Origin: Lama guanicoe
Taxonomy: Eukaryota
NCBI GenBank assembly: GCA_013239625.1
Contig: MU054187.1
Coordinates: 18,282,711-18,346,710, forward strand
Direction: 5' to 3'
DNA: 64,000 nucleotides
The notes below the pieces were generated by a model. It saw only the letters and a program-made list of their open reading frames with translations, was not told where the DNA came from and ran no database searches. The first letter of the stretch is position 1; the number at the start of each line of letters is the position of its first letter. The position numbers and the translations under genes were made by a program. Of the stretch, positions 1 through 14,230 are shown piece after piece.

Positions 1-1033
1 ATGACCTGTTGTGCCTCAGGGCTTGAATATTTAAATGATATTTAATATAATCTTTCCTAATGGATAAAACCATTTTGAAAAAAAAAGGCAAGATTTGAAT
101 GATATTAAGACAACATTTACTTAACTTTATATTTGCTTAATGCTTAGAATAAATGTTTCAATTTATTTTATAACCGTCCATTCTTTTCCTCTGTGCTATT
201 TTTTTATCCTTGGGATATTTGTCATTTGGATTTCTCTGTGTTTTAAAAATCATACATCATTTTTTCCTAGCTATGGTAGGTCATTTGCAGAGATGACCTT
301 CTGCATACATGCGCTATCAAAAGGTGATCTGGGATAATATCTAGGAAGGAAGAACCAAGTGTTGCACTTAGTGGGGGACCCTCCCCAAGTAGCCTGAGGA
401 CCATACAGATGAATGCGACAGAATAAGGTGGCTCAGAAAGGATGCTAACAGCAGGCATTGCCTAGTTCTTAGTTTACCCTGGGATAAGCTCAACAAATGG
501 TACTAAATCAAAAAGGTTCAATGGGTTCATTTTATTCATGAATAATGGGACAGATTAGGAAGAAAAAGAATAAAACAAGATATACTTCGGAATAATGCAC
601 TTGAGTGGATATTTGACTTTTTTTTAGGCACTATTTCTCTGTATCTTTTTCCATTTGAAAATCAGGTTATTTCTATTTTTTCATATTTGGAAGCATCGAC
701 CTGTAATAGCAGAGTCAGAGGAGGAATCTCACAGAGACGTTAAAAAAAACAAGTGACTCCTTCTAATTGCCTTGCAGATGTAGCTTATATGAATAATTAT
801 TCATAATCTTTTTTGATTCTGTAGTGTAATAAAGGTCTTTTTTTCTCTTGGTGGCAATGAAATAAGTTCATTCATTGAGGCGACAATGAAAACGTGAAAA
901 ATGATGGGCTCGTGCACTAGAAGAAAAAGAGTTTGAATATTTAAAATACTACATAATAAAAGCAAAGTTTTTCTCATGTCAAGCTCTCAGAAATGTTATG
1001 TGAAGGTGAATCCTGTGCACTTGTTTTTTTTTT

Positions 1034-1245
1034 ATTTTAATCATATATTTTATTTAACCCGATAGATCCAAAATATTATCATTTCAATATGCAATCAATT
1101 TTTAAAATTATTAAGGAGATAGTTTACATTCTTTTTTCATACTTAGTCTTTGAAATTTAGTGTGTATACACTTGCCTCATATCTCAGATTGGCTTAGCCA
1201 CATTTCCAGTGCTCAGTAGCTACAGGGGGGCTAGCAAATTGAACA
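1034..1245 (+). mobile_element. MER33-like hAT DNA transposon fragment
   Basis: TATATTTTATTTAACCC..ATCCAAAATATTATCATTTCAA...TAGCCACATTTCCAGTGCTCAGTAGC resembles MER33. Confidence 0.75.
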
Positions 1246-1491
1246 GGTTTAGAATATGTGTATTCTTAGGAGAAGACAACAGTTTAGCAAAGAGGTTAAG
1301 ACAATTTACATAATAAAGAGCTCAGATGTGTAGGAAACAGGGACTAGGAAATAAAATCTCTGAACTTGAGAGTGAAAGCGGGGTGGGGTGGGGAAGGGAC
1401 AGTGGGCTCTGTGAAGATTAGGTACTGGGCTGTCAAGCTGAACTGAGCAGTTCAATGGGAGAAAAGGAGGATTTAAAGAAGTTTGGAGGTA

Positions 1492-1552
1492 GTCGCTTCT
1501 TGGTCTTTTGGCTAAGATCAAGTGTAGTATCGGTTCTTGTCAGTTTAATATC
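1492..1552 (+). pseudogene. RNU2: 3'-truncated U2 snRNA pseudogene (U2 nt 1-61)
   Basis: gTCGCTTCTtGGtCTTTTGGCTAAGATCAAGTGTAGTATCgGTTCTTgTCAGTTTAATATC: five differences from the U2 5' end, includes the branch-recognition GTAGTA; Sm site and 3' stems absent. Confidence 0.93.
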
Positions 1553-2330
1553 GTCTCTCTTAGCAACTTTCAAAAATACGGTACACTCTTGTTAACTACA
1601 GTCACCATGCTGTACATTCTGTCCCCGGAACTCACTCATCTTACAATTGGGAGTTTTTACCCTTTGACTGCCTTCCCCCATTTTCCCCTCTCACCTCTTA
1701 CCTGGCGACCACCAATTGGTTCTGTTTTTGAGTTGTAGTTTTTTTTTAGATTCCACATATAAGTGAGCTCAGACAGTATTTGTCTTTCTCTGCCTGACTT
1801 ATTTTATTTAACATAATGTCCTCAAGGCTCATCTGTGTTGTTGCAAATGGCAGGATTTCCTTCCTTTTTATGGCTGAACAATACCCTATTCATTATTTAT
1901 ATGTACGTATATGTACAACTGAATCACTTTGCTGTACACCTGAAACTAACATTGTAAATCAGCTCTACTTCAATAAAAATTTCAAATATATATATACTCT
2001 ATTCATTATTTTCTTTCCATTCGCCTTTTCTTTATCCATTCACCTGTCAACAGACACAGGTTGTTTCCATGACTTGCCTACTGTAAGTAATGCTGCAATC
2101 AACATAGGGGTGCAGATATCTCTTCAAGACAGTGATTTTATTTTCTCGGGATATATATTCCAGTGGAATTGCTGAATCATATGGTAGTTCCATGTTTAAT
2201 TTTTTGAGGAACTTCCATATTATTGTCCATAGTGGCTGCGCCAATTTACATTTCCACCAACAGTACACGAGGGTTCCCTTTCCCCATATTTTTGTTACTC
2301 CTTGTCTTTTTGATAGTAGCCACTCTAACA
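1553..2330 (-). mobile_element. LINE-1 3' fragment (3'UTR + ORF2 C-terminus; older L1M-type)
   Basis: ORF 2047..2268(-) [34 protein letters not shown] is typical of the L1 ORF2 C-terminus. Confidence 0.9.
1899..1993 (+). mobile_element. Short L1 3'-tail insertion nested in the older L1, with 18-bp target-site duplication
   Basis: CTTTGCTGTACACCTGAAACTAACATTGTAAATC...AATAAAAA flanked by ATACCCTATTCATTATTT (1881-1898) and ATACTCTATTCATTATTT (1994-2011). Confidence 0.85.
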
Positions 2331-2742
2331 GGGACAGCGCTGGCTGCTGTAAGTTCTTCCATCCTCTGTTTCTATCTGATTCTCAGTAGTCAAGCCGTGC
2401 AGGTTTCCCTGGGCTTCTTGGGAAGCACCAAGCAATGATAAAGAAGCTGGATGTCCATGTTGGGCTGTTTGTTTTCCCCAGTGGAAAACCCAGAGGCCCA
2501 GAGAGGCCCCTTGGTGTGTCGCGGTGCAGTCCCAGGGGAGGGGCAATGCAGTCAGAGTGTAGCCGCTCCTCCTCACCTCCCAAGAGAAGGTTGGGTCTTT
2601 CTGGATCTCTGTGCTTTGAAGTGGGTGCTTCTGCCTCACCGCTGGATTTCTGGGATTTTCACAGTGGTGTCTTGTCAATGGATAGCGGCTAGTTGATCTT
2701 CTTCCAAGGGGACTGAAGTTGGAAATAATCTATGTCAACATT
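2331..2742 (-). mobile_element. Probable LINE-1 5'UTR fragment
   Basis: Abrupt GC-richer block abutting the ORF2 fragment, resembling antisense L1M 5' ends; by eye only. Confidence 0.5.
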
Positions 2743-5700
2743 TCTATCTGTGCACTTGGTTTAAACTGAAGGAATGAGATGTTGATGGGGGAAACACAAT
2801 AATTCTATACTGTATTAATATAAAAGCCAAAAATTATATTTTTTCTTAAAAAGAACTTTATGGCAATTCTGAACACTTTTGAAATAAATAAAAATTGTTT
2901 ACTAACATTGCAAGGATGTATTTTTTTCCTCCATACACATCTTTGCCCTATAAACTACCAAAATATGCCTTTTTACCCTCTCTCTCCTTTCCTACAAAGA
3001 CACAACGGCATAAATTCCTTTTTTCATGTGATACACTTACCACAATAAGGGCAATGGTAAGAAAGACATCTGATGGCATTGCCCAGCTCTTCTGAGTTAG
3101 ACAAAGACTGAGACTTTAAAACATCACCTAGGCCAATGAGCTCTCTCATGTATAACCTTCCCCAGCTGCCTGGCCATAGACCCCCTCTGAAACTCTAAGA
3201 CAACTCCGTGCAAGGCTTTCTGCAGTCACTCATGTGATGGCATTGGTCTACCCTGGGCCTGGGTGGGTGCCAGGGCACATTTCAAAGCTGGCAGAAATGA
3301 GTGGAGAGAGGTGGCAATCAAGATGCAGAGAGTGAACACAAATAAAAGGAATGCGAACCCAAAATTAAATGGTGGAGGGTGATAATAATGATGTCAAGAA
3401 ATACAGATGTAAAGGGGAAAAAGATCTAAGTTCAAGGGCAATGAGATTTTTACCAAAGAAAGGAGTTTTGCATTGGAAAACTCCAAAATAGAATAAAGAA
3501 ACCTAATCTGCATTATCAGTAGAGTGAGGGACTCAAGTGAAGCAGACTTCCAAAGATTCAGAGAAGGAAAAAAAGGGAGAACTGGAGGAAAATGTCCTTT
3601 TTCTGAAAATTATTTTGCTTTTTTTTTTTTAATAAAGTAGAAATTATTTTCAGACCTTCAAGCTCTAAACATTATGGTTTCACTTAAAATCCAAGGTAGG
3701 TATGTTTCAATTTTCATTAACTAAAATGTCTTTAGATCTAACTCTATACATGATATTAAGCACTAAAAATATTTTTATTTTTCCAGAATAATAACTACTT
3801 ATCAAGTACCTACCATCTGCTGGGCCCTAAGCTTTATAAACATTGCCTTGATTAATACTCTCTGAAAAGTAATTCCTCATATGCACACTTTATAGATTAG
3901 GAAGATATAGATATAGATGCCAGGATACGAGACCAAGTTCCAAACGGCTTTATTCCATTGCATTCCTGTGACTCAGTCAGTTTGTCCAAATTCATCCATC
4001 TCACGAGAAGAGGAAGTGCTGGTCCTCTGGCTCCACAACCTTCCCACTCTTTGAACTGAATCAGAAAGTAAATTTCCACTGCTTCAAAATTTCAGGACCT
4101 GTCACCTTTCTGAGTTAACTAACAATTTTATGGAGTTGCACGGTTGTTAGTTATAGGTTGAACCCTCCCTTTGTACCAAGGACAGTTTCCAGTGTTCTGC
4201 ATTAATCTTCACAGCTTTCTGATGTAGGTACTAGTATCACCCTCATTTCACATACAAGGATGCTGAGATGACAGGTGAGAAGTCCTGCCCACGATAGGCA
4301 GGCAGGAATTGATGGGCTCAAGATTGAAGCCAGGTACCCCTGACTCATTGTACAAAGGTGATCTGGGGAACTATGGGGACACCAGGCTCTTCAGGTTGAC
4401 TTCCCGACAATAGTTAATCTGAAAGAAACTTCACTCTCATCTCCTTCCATATAAACCGTCATGCTACTTTACAGTGATTTATCAGCACACGTCAGATTTT
4501 ATAGTCACTTCCATACAAATCTGTGGTTGATTAATTAACTAAAATTGGAAGACATTTTGATGATGAAAAGTGCTAAGTATTCCTATGAATAATAATCAGT
4601 GTGGGACTCCAACCAAATTACGGATGTCTGTATTGGGAATCAATCAGGGAGGGAGGGTCAGACCTCAGACATACAGAATTAGATAAGATGGATTAGTTGG
4701 GGCAACACAGTTGCCTAGAGTGGTATTAATAGCGAAAAAAAACACAAACAAACAAACAACTTATTAGACACCGAGTACATGCGAGGCACCATTTGGGACC
4801 CTAGAGATATAATGCTGAACAAGACAGAAGGGATCTCTGCCTTCATGGGCCTTACATTCCCAACACAGCCGGCTTCAGAGGGGGCCCCTGCCCAGGGGCA
4901 CGGTGCCCAGGAAGTCGTGCAGTCAGCAAGCTGATCAGCAGGCAGCAAGGACCCGGCCAAGGAGGCCGTGATTCAGGACCTGCACTCCGGTCCCTGGGAG
5001 AGTTGAGACGGTGTGAGGCAAGGCTGCAGTGTTACAGGAGAACCAGGACAGACAGGGCTATGCCTAGGATTGGGCTACCGAAAGAAGGCAGTGAGCTGCC
5101 CACAGGAAGCAGGCAAGAGCTTGGTTACTAGAAACAAAAAAGGCCCTCCCATCAGGACGGTGACTAAGGTTGGTCTCCAGGCCTAGAATTTTCTAAAGCT
5201 CCCTGCAACACACTGGAAGCAAAAATGACGCAGACACGAAGGTGACCCTCTGCTCTCTGGTGTGGGAGCTGCTGCCATGGGAACTGGAGAGCTGGGAAGG
5301 GAGGGCACCAGGTCAGGCGTCTCACGTTTCCAGGCTGAGCTTTCTCTCTAAAATGGCTCACAATGCATGTAGCTGTCATGAGAGAGCACACCGCCAACTT
5401 AGGCCCCAAACCAGAAGTTACTCAGATGAGAGACTCACACAGGGTTTTCCTCCTTCCCTACCAGAGAGGTTTTTCTTTTTTTTTTTTTTTTAATCTGAGC
5501 ATGAATTAGAAAGATGTCTCACAAGTTTTCCTGATCAGTAATTCCACTCAGGAGCAATGGCAGACTTCTCTCCCGGAAGCTGCTCCAAGTGAGGAACTTG
5601 CTTAAAACCCCGAAGCAGTCCTGACAAGGGTGCGCAGCCAGACGGGCGCCGTCTTGCTCAGCAGGGGGCCTCCCCTGCGACCTACTCAGTTCTCTGACAC

Positions 5701-6290
5701 AGAGGCTCATCAGGGAGTCAGTTTCTTCAAGGGCTCCATTTTATTCCCTTCCACTTCTGGGGTGAGTCCCCTTTCCTACTGCAGAGGCAACAGCCTTTCC
5801 CTGCTTTGACCTCATTCTCGTTAGTTTTTCCAAGTCTAATAAGGTCTTCTGGGAAGCTCATGTGGACCGGGAGAGAAATGAAATGCCTTCCATTTCTTCC
5901 AGAGTTGCTAGTATTTTTGGAGTCAATAATGACTGATAAGGCAACAAGAAATGCAAACCTACTTCCAAGCATTTCTGTGGAAGTGTTCTGTTTGTTTCCT
6001 TGGACTCTTTTTGCCTCACAAAACATCATTTGCTTATAAGGAGCTCTTCTCAAGAAATACGAATGAATCAAAAATAGAGTAAGAGCTACATTTTCCTCAG
6101 TTTTATGCTAAACGCAATTTCCCTGACTCCCAAATCCTGTTAGTCTGGTATGGCTGAATCTCCTGTCTCTTTTGAAGATTGCTCCTTATGAATGGTTTGA
6201 GATTTGAAGTTTGAATGCATATACTTATGCCGTGGCTAGGAATGGATTGATTCCTATGATAACTCTACAATAAAAATTGTATTTTCCCAT

Positions 6291-6310
6291 CACACACACA
6301 CACACACACA
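6291..6310 (+). repeat. (CA)10 microsatellite
   Basis: Read directly. Confidence 0.95.
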
Positions 6311-7219
6311 TCAGGCTGCAGGAGTTCTTCTTTCTACATTATTATCAGTGAAGATTTCCCTTCCTCCCTTCCTTCTACACACTAACCTGCCCTCACATCC
6401 CTGCCACACACCCCTACACCTCTTCAAGATCCTCTTCCGGGAGCCTCCGCCCCCAGCCTCCAGGGTGCCCTTCTCAGCCCTTCATTCTAAAGCAATGATC
6501 CCAAGCCTACTGGAGACCTCTTCCCAAGTTGTGCAAAATAAATTAGTAACTAGATGAAGGGTCTCCACTCAGACCTTTGTGTATTCAGGAAAGGAGGGAG
6601 GAGAGATAAATTACTGACATCCCAAGCTAGAATTCTGAATGTATCCTCCAATGGTTATAATAATATAAATAACAATTACGTCTTTAATGGGATTAGCGGT
6701 ATTCTTCCGTTTCTTTCACTCATTTATTCAACAAAATGTTTTTTTATTGTCTACTATATTCCAGGCAGCATTCATGAGTCTGAGGATGTGACCACAAAAA
6801 ACAAATAAAATTGTGGGCTTTCTACAGATTAGTCTTAATGCATAAACATGATGAATAACATCAATCCCACAGGAAATGGTGTACTCGGCTCCAGATCAGC
6901 AGGAACATGCATGTAGCAATCCCATCAACCAGCTAAGGAATTTCTGTGTATGTCCATAACTGTGCATGTATAAATAATAACTTCTTAGTTAAACACTTAC
7001 TATCCCATTTATTCACTCATATACACAGAACTAAATAAATATAGATGGTTAGAATCCACATATTCTGCCATAGAAATTGGTGCCCAGACTTCAAATCCTT
7101 GGTCACGACCCCTTCTCATTATTCCCCAAGATAGCACATCAAATTTCTAACATATATATAAACTCTAAAATAATGTTCTAAATCCAAAATATTTTTTTTA
7201 AGTTTCCACACAGAGGAAG

Positions 7220-7450
7220 CATAGTTACTAAGGGCACATGTTTTGGAATCAGGTAGACCTGGGCCCAAATCTTAGTGGTTTTGTCACTTTGCACAAATTA
7301 TTAGGCTCTCCTAGCCCTTAGATTCCACGCCTGTAAAATGATATAGTATCTATCATATCAAGTTGTCCTGAGGATTAAATCAAATTCAGTAATGTATAGA
7401 TTAAGCCCACAATGACTACTACAAGGTAAGTCTCAAAAATGTGCACTTAT
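7220..7450 (+). mobile_element. MIR SINE
   Basis: GGAATCAGGTAGACCTGGG...CTGTAAAATG...TGAGGATTAAAT. Confidence 0.7.
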
Positions 7451-10400
7451 TAATATGAAATGGTTATACTTCATCTATTCGATGAGTTAAAAATCAAAAA
7501 GAATTGGAAGCCGTTGAGAAACAGGCTTCTGTGTCTTCTTCTGATGAGCATACGTTGGAATGTAAGTCCTATTTTGTAGCTAGGTGGTCAATTTCATATT
7601 TCTTTCCATCTCTAACGCTTATGATTTTATTATGCCTCATGATATGTGTTCAAGTACTCCCCTCTACCTGGCGTGAAGGAAGAAAATACAGTAAGTCCAT
7701 GAATACAAATACAACCTCAGCCTGGGAGGTCAACCAAACTGCAAAGGAGCAGCTGAAAGTGATACTTTTTTTAAATTAAATCTCTAAATCCATCTGACCA
7801 AACCTAGAGGGCAGATGTGGATCAAAATGATGTATGAATTGCCAGATAACCCCTGCCCATAAATAATTTCCTTGCAGGACATGGAAATGACGTTGATTGA
7901 GAAATGGCAGGTTATTTCTCACGTAAGGCTATTAGCCAAGACATCTCCTTAACATTCTTTTCTTTCTCCCCTCTCCCCAGGGCAGCATTGCAATACATAG
8001 TGCTAGTCTGGACTGACATTTGTTTGAAGGAGAAATTCACTTACCTGCAGCTCTTCCTGAACAGCTTCTCCAGTGAGGAAACAGGCTCATGTGCCTTTGT
8101 CCCAGGATTCCCCCTTTCAGTTAGTTTCCTCAGCATCTAACAAGTGAGGAAAAGTTTTTCTAATCACTCAAATGCCAAGTAGGAAGGAATAACATTGATC
8201 TTTAACTGAGCTTTTTAGCGGAAAATTAGAACGGTCCTTTCCTAATAATAATAGACCTTCTGAAGCCTCTAGAAAAGGAGGGGGAGTTAAAAACCTCAGG
8301 CAGAAAGCAAGTCCAGGTGACTACGTGGTAAAAAAGCATTCCGTCTAATCTAACATTGGGGGCCCCTGGGCATAATGATTCATCAGGTGGAGGAAACCTC
8401 ACTCAGCCCAAGTGGGAAAACATTCAGATACTGAATATGGAGAGAATTCAAAGTTTCTTTGTTTTCATAAAGTACCCTGATTTTCAATATGAACTGCAGA
8501 GTTCCTTCTTCACTAGGACCCAAAGAATGTATTAATTAGCCTTGTATTCTGCCTTTCACATGAGTAATTTTCTCTCCTTATTTACATTTTGCTTTTAATC
8601 TACTCAGCTTGATTCGTTAGTCTTCTGGGGCCACTTTGCAAATAAGAATTAGAACAAACAAGACCGATAATAGTCAAGGAATAGATGTAAAATAAATATA
8701 ATAATTTTGCCTGCATAGTTTCTGTCCATCTTGTTTTTGAAGACTCCGAGTCCATGTATAGACCTTTGCAAATGCTTTATATTTGAAAACACACTGAAAT
8801 AGTCTTTTTGGATATCCATCTCTCTCATTAAACTGCAAGCTCCTAATTACACAGTCTGTGTCTTACACATCTTTGTGTGGCACAGGATAGTGTCTTGGAA
8901 ATTTTGGTCCAGTTTTTCATCTATTTGCATTTAAAGAAGACCTGGCATAAGCTATCTGTAGCCAAATTCAAGGATGCGTTTCACTTGACAATATGTGAAA
9001 GGAATTTCACTTTTAGGTATTTGTCAAGAAATGGCAAGTTATGAATTTTGTAATGTACAATGTTATTCTTTGCAGAATTATTTTTAATACTAAATGTGGA
9101 AACAACTCAAAGTTCATCAGTAGGGACTGGTTAAACAAATTATGGTAAATTAAATATTATACAGTCTTGAAAAGGACTGAAGAAGATCATAGAATAGGCA
9201 CAACAATTTTTAAAGTTGGCCAAACTGATCCATGGGACTTATACTCCTAGTTGGTTCCAAGCCAATCAAAAACTAAGTACAAACAGTGGGATTCCAAGTA
9301 TTTCTTTTGATGCTTATGATTCATATCTTGTCACTTTTACTAAATGATATGCTGATGCTTAAAAATTATTCTACTGCCACTAAGCCACTGTGCCAGGCTG
9401 ACACACAGCTGATGCTACGGCATCAAAAAGGCCGAAGCCACCATGGTTCACTCAGCTGACTTTGACCAGAAGCAGGACAAAGTTATTCTAATAGGGAAAC
9501 AGTGTGGTCTTACCATCACTAAGGAGGAGAGTTCAGCAGAAGTCCAGCCAAGAGTCCAGTGAGAACCATACCCAGAAACAAAACATATCACTTTCAGCCA
9601 CAGGATTTCTCAGAAAACTCATAAATACCTAAAGTTGCCTTCCCTGACAACTGCCCATTCCTGATAAATGCCACCTTGCTTTGAGAAAATTGTTCCCCTG
9701 ATAAATGTTAAGGAATCCTTTCACACAAAAATAATATTTCACCGTTCCTCAGATGCTGTGGGTTTTGCTTCTATAAACCACCCCTTGCCTTGGAGCCATG
9801 ATGGGGTTCCATCACATGTGAGGAAAGGTCAGCTGTGCTTTTAATTAAACTGAATAGAGTTGCATTATTCTTTGACAAGACGATCTTGAGTCTAATCAAG
9901 ACTAGAAAGTTGACTTCCATTTACAAGAAACACAGGGAGAATTTGAGCGACCACGTGGAAACAAACAGGTACTTCCAGAATGTGAAAAAGTTCATAAGAC
10001 AAGTGACCCCGTTTCTGCAATAGCTCACTGGCAGGAATTGTTTAAATGAAAGGAGGTCTGCTCCAGATTAAAAGAGAATTTGAGGGGGAAAAAAGGGATT
10101 TGAGAAACATAAAACTGAATAGAATGCATGCACCATCTCAAACGAACTGTAAAAAGGCATTTTTGAGACAATTATGAAAATATGGTTATGGGCCAGGTAT
10201 TAGATGATACCAATGAATTATTAAAATTGTTAAGTGTAATAATAGAACTGCATTTATGTAAGAAAAGTTTCATATATTTTAGAGATATTTAAGTACGTAA
10301 GAGCAAATTTAAGTGGTGTTTGTTTCCCCATAAAGATTTTAACAGAGGTGGGAAAATAAAAAATAAAGCAAGGAAATCTTGATAACTTTTTAACTTGATT

Positions 10401-12323
10401 GATACTAGTTTGTTATTTTCTCTCTTCTTTTGTGCCCATTTGAAACTGTTCATCACAAAAATGTCCTTAGCTTTGATAATATAAGATGTATGCACAAGTT
10501 TTTGAAATCCTCCTTCCAAAATAAGACATTTCCTGCACATTCTAAATAAAACCAAATAGCAAATCTGTGGGAAATTTTTTTTTCCTGCCACAATAGGCAC
10601 CATTTGCTGCATAATCTGCACATTGCTTCACTGTCGTGGACCTGAATTGCTGAAAAGAAATTGGGGGATGGGGAGAAGAGTCAATCAAGGTGTGAAGAAA
10701 AGATGAGATTTTTATTATCCGTAGTGGAACTCAAGGCTGATGTTACTGTCAAATTGAATATTTGATGAAATGGCCTTTTAAAAGTTCTACCTATATCTAT
10801 TAATTCAAGTCCATCTGATAATAAAGTAGGATAAGGGCGGAGGAAGTTCAGAGGGTCAGAGAATGAGTTAATAAATGATTAATGGAAAAGTATCTCTGGA
10901 AAGCAGTACAATAAAATGCCTTTGCTTTTCTCTTTCCTGAGTGCCCCGCCTCCTCCTTCCAGATGTGATTTAAATAAAACAAAGTTCTTGGGTAACTAAT
11001 GTTAACTATATGTATAGTGCAATACTTATATTGTGCCTTTTGTTTAAAAAGTAAAATAAGGCCGTTGGGATAAATGGAGTGAGTCACACTTCTCCAAGAT
11101 TTCTCTTCCGGGCACTTCAATATTGTCTCCATTGTGTTCTCACTCGAGTATTGTAAGCTAAAATGCTGAGTGGAATCCCAAGGGGCATCAACTTCCCAGC
11201 TTCCGTGGTATCCAGCTAATGCTCTCTTTGGACTCAAGCTGTAAATCAACTCACAGAAAGAAGGAAAATGTTATTGTAGTTGCTGCCAAGATAGCAAATA
11301 GTTTTTCAACATTATCAATTTAATGTAAGGATTCAACTTCTTAAATTTATATCAAGTCCTTCTTATAATTAGGGCAAGTTCATTTCCAGAGACGTTCAAT
11401 TATAAAATCATCAATAGGACTTAAATAATTTCAGTAAGTCACTTTGCTTCTGGTAAATTGTTCTAATGACTAATATGGTCATTAGATCTCATTTGGACAT
11501 AAAGAAAACCCTAGGTACAAAAAAAGAGATCATAATTAACTAAGCAGTCTTCATTTTTAATAACTAATCTAAGAGGAAAATAATAATGTATGTTCATTCT
11601 CCACGACAGAATCAACTGCAAATCATTGGAAAAATTCCTGAACAATATAGATTTCACTGTTAATAAGGAACACTAACTTTCTCCTTAGAATGACTTTCCT
11701 TTTAAATAAACCATATTGGATGGTTCTACTAAGAGACACTGATCCTTCTTATTTTTTATTAATCTATAAGTGTTTAAATATGGCAAAATAATCAAAATCT
11801 TAGTCAATTAACTTTTTTCATATGTTGCTATTTTAGATGCATCTCTAGATATCTTCAGCTTTTACTGCAGTTCCCACCACCTAAAACAGTTCTATGGCTT
11901 TTTTTTTTTTAAATAAACTTCCTTGATAATCAACTGAGGTCAGATCACAATAATTAATTCAATTCTAACAATATTTTTCATATTTCACTAACTTTTAATA
12001 ATCAGTTTAAAATTTTTCCCCAAACACTTGATTATTATTAGCAGAAAATCATATGACTGTATTAGATGACATCAGCTAATCCTCCAAAGCAACTGTTCCT
12101 CTCCAGTTTGGAAAGACATCAACACCTCAGGCCTCCTTGCAGAGATAACACACAACACATTGAAACCCACAGTAATTAAAATCTCTGCTAGCTTGTCTTT
12201 GATTTCCGCAACTTCCTTTTACTGCTGTTAAAGATTTTAAAAATTAACAAGGGCCCTCTACTGACATGAGCTTTATCCCCCTATGTCCTTTTGGAAATGA
12301 GGCAGGATACAAATAAGGAAACA

Positions 12324-12485
12324 GAGGGAGGGTATAGCCCAAGAGGTCGAGCATGTGCTTAGCATGCACGAGGTCCTGGGTTCAATCCCCAGTACCTCCT
12401 CTAAAAATAAATAAACCTAGTTACCTCCCCACAAAAATAAAAAATAATTAAGTAATACAATAACAAATAAATAGAAATTTTAAAA
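12324..12485 (+). mobile_element. tRNA-derived SINE (camelid Vic-1 type)
   Basis: GGGAGGGTATAGC..(A box)..GGGTTCAATCCCC (B box) AGTACCTCC, TAAACCTAGTTACCTCCCC tail and A-rich end. Confidence 0.88.
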
Positions 12486-14230
12486 AAGAAACAATAGTAA
12501 ACAGCTTAGGATCCTTTCCCAAGATTCGCTAAACAAAGAAGGGTGGTTGGAAGCATTGTATGGCTTCATTGGGTTCAATCATCTTAAGTTATTTTCAATA
12601 GTGTTGAAAATTATTATTGCTGTTGTTGTTGTTTTTTCACAAGCATTTATTGACTATCTACCATGTGAATTACGGAGCCAAGCACTAAAAGGGCTATAAA
12701 GATATACACTACTCAGTTCCTACCCTTAAAAAACCCTTCAAAAGTTTAAACGTATTGAAAGCCATAAACATCGTAGCTACAATTTATCAAATACGTATGG
12801 TGATTTAGTCAGTTTACACGTGGTAATTCTTCAGTCTACAACAAATCCTGCAAGATAGGTAATGTTGTCCTTATTTACACTGTACAGATCTAATAGCTAT
12901 TCTTCAGTTTGGGTATCCACCCATCCCCATCAAAACCATTTGCTTCAGGGAAAGCTGATTCTCATCTTCAGACCTCAGGAGCCCACTTGAGTCTCTGTAA
13001 TTAGAAGAGCTGACAAATCCCCTTTTATTATCAAGGCCAATTTGGGTTGTTTTTTTTTTTTCTGTTCTTTGCAACCAAAAGTACTCTAACTGATATACAG
13101 GATAATATTCATCCTCCAAAGTTAATAACATTATCCTAAAGAGGTGGGTATTATATTTTCTTTATTTATAATTTTTAAACACTAAGGAGAAGCCTGGGTG
13201 ATTTCATAATACAAAAGCCTGAAATTTCATTAAGTATTTGCTGGATGAATGAATTAGCTGAACAAATGAATGAATAATGATTAAACTATTGAATATGAGA
13301 TAATTTCTCAGTCCCTGTTTTGCCTCTACCCTTTCAGGCTGAGATGCATGACTGACATTGTTACGTTAGAAGAAAATAGAAACAATAATTGATGTAACTC
13401 AGCTCTTTGAATTTAATTTTTCTTAGCAGGTTGATGATAGACTACTGTCTTTATATCCTATAGTAAGTCATACTTACCTACCATCTCCCCTGCTTGACAT
13501 TATTTAAAAATCATACATAACTCAGGTTAGGTGGCTAGCACCTAGAAAGTAAGAAATAGAAAAAAGTCACACATCTTACACCTGCTCCTGGGCACACTGA
13601 CCTCCATCTCACATTTCTATTCATCAGTAAGTAATGTCCACCAGAGAATGAGAGATTAGACTGTAAAGTGTGTGTTTTATTTTGTTTTACTTGTAGTGAT
13701 CAAAAGTGCAACAGATCTTGTTCAACTGCCAACGGTAGTTGTCAAAGACATTAATGCTGTGACTTAGGAATCTTATTCTGCAAGAAACCTAAAGAATAGA
13801 TAGAGGTGACACATAGCCTGAGGGGAAAAGGTGTGGTGGGGAGAAGAGGAATATTTTAAAGATATTAGTCACACAGACAAACTGACCATCTGTCATCTCA
13901 TGACTGGTAACTACTCCACTCAGAGGGACTGGGTCTCACATTGAAAGTGGGAAATGACCATAGAGAAGGAGAAAAGGGTATTTATTTGCAGACCCTGTCA
14001 ACTTCCATGTTGCTCTCTTGCTGTGTCATAGTCACAGATCTGTGCAATGACAGGAAAAATATCTTCCAATCTTCCTGTTCAATAAATGATTTTATTGATC
14101 TCCACTTTATCGTTTATTTTTCCTATGATTCAGCAGATCAGAACTCCAGTTCCAGTAGCTTCTTATCATTCAGCAAGATGTCCACGGAGTTAAAATGTCT
14201 TACAGGTTAATAGGAGATGAAGAAATTTAT

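Noticed and set aside
1492..1552. Functional U2 snRNA gene
   Set aside because: Only the first 61 nt are present, with substitutions; no Sm site or 3' stem-loops.
1..14200. A second gene upstream of STMN2
   Set aside because: Only short ORFs, old repeats and AT-rich sequence; no recognisable exon chain. A lncRNA cannot be excluded from sequence alone.
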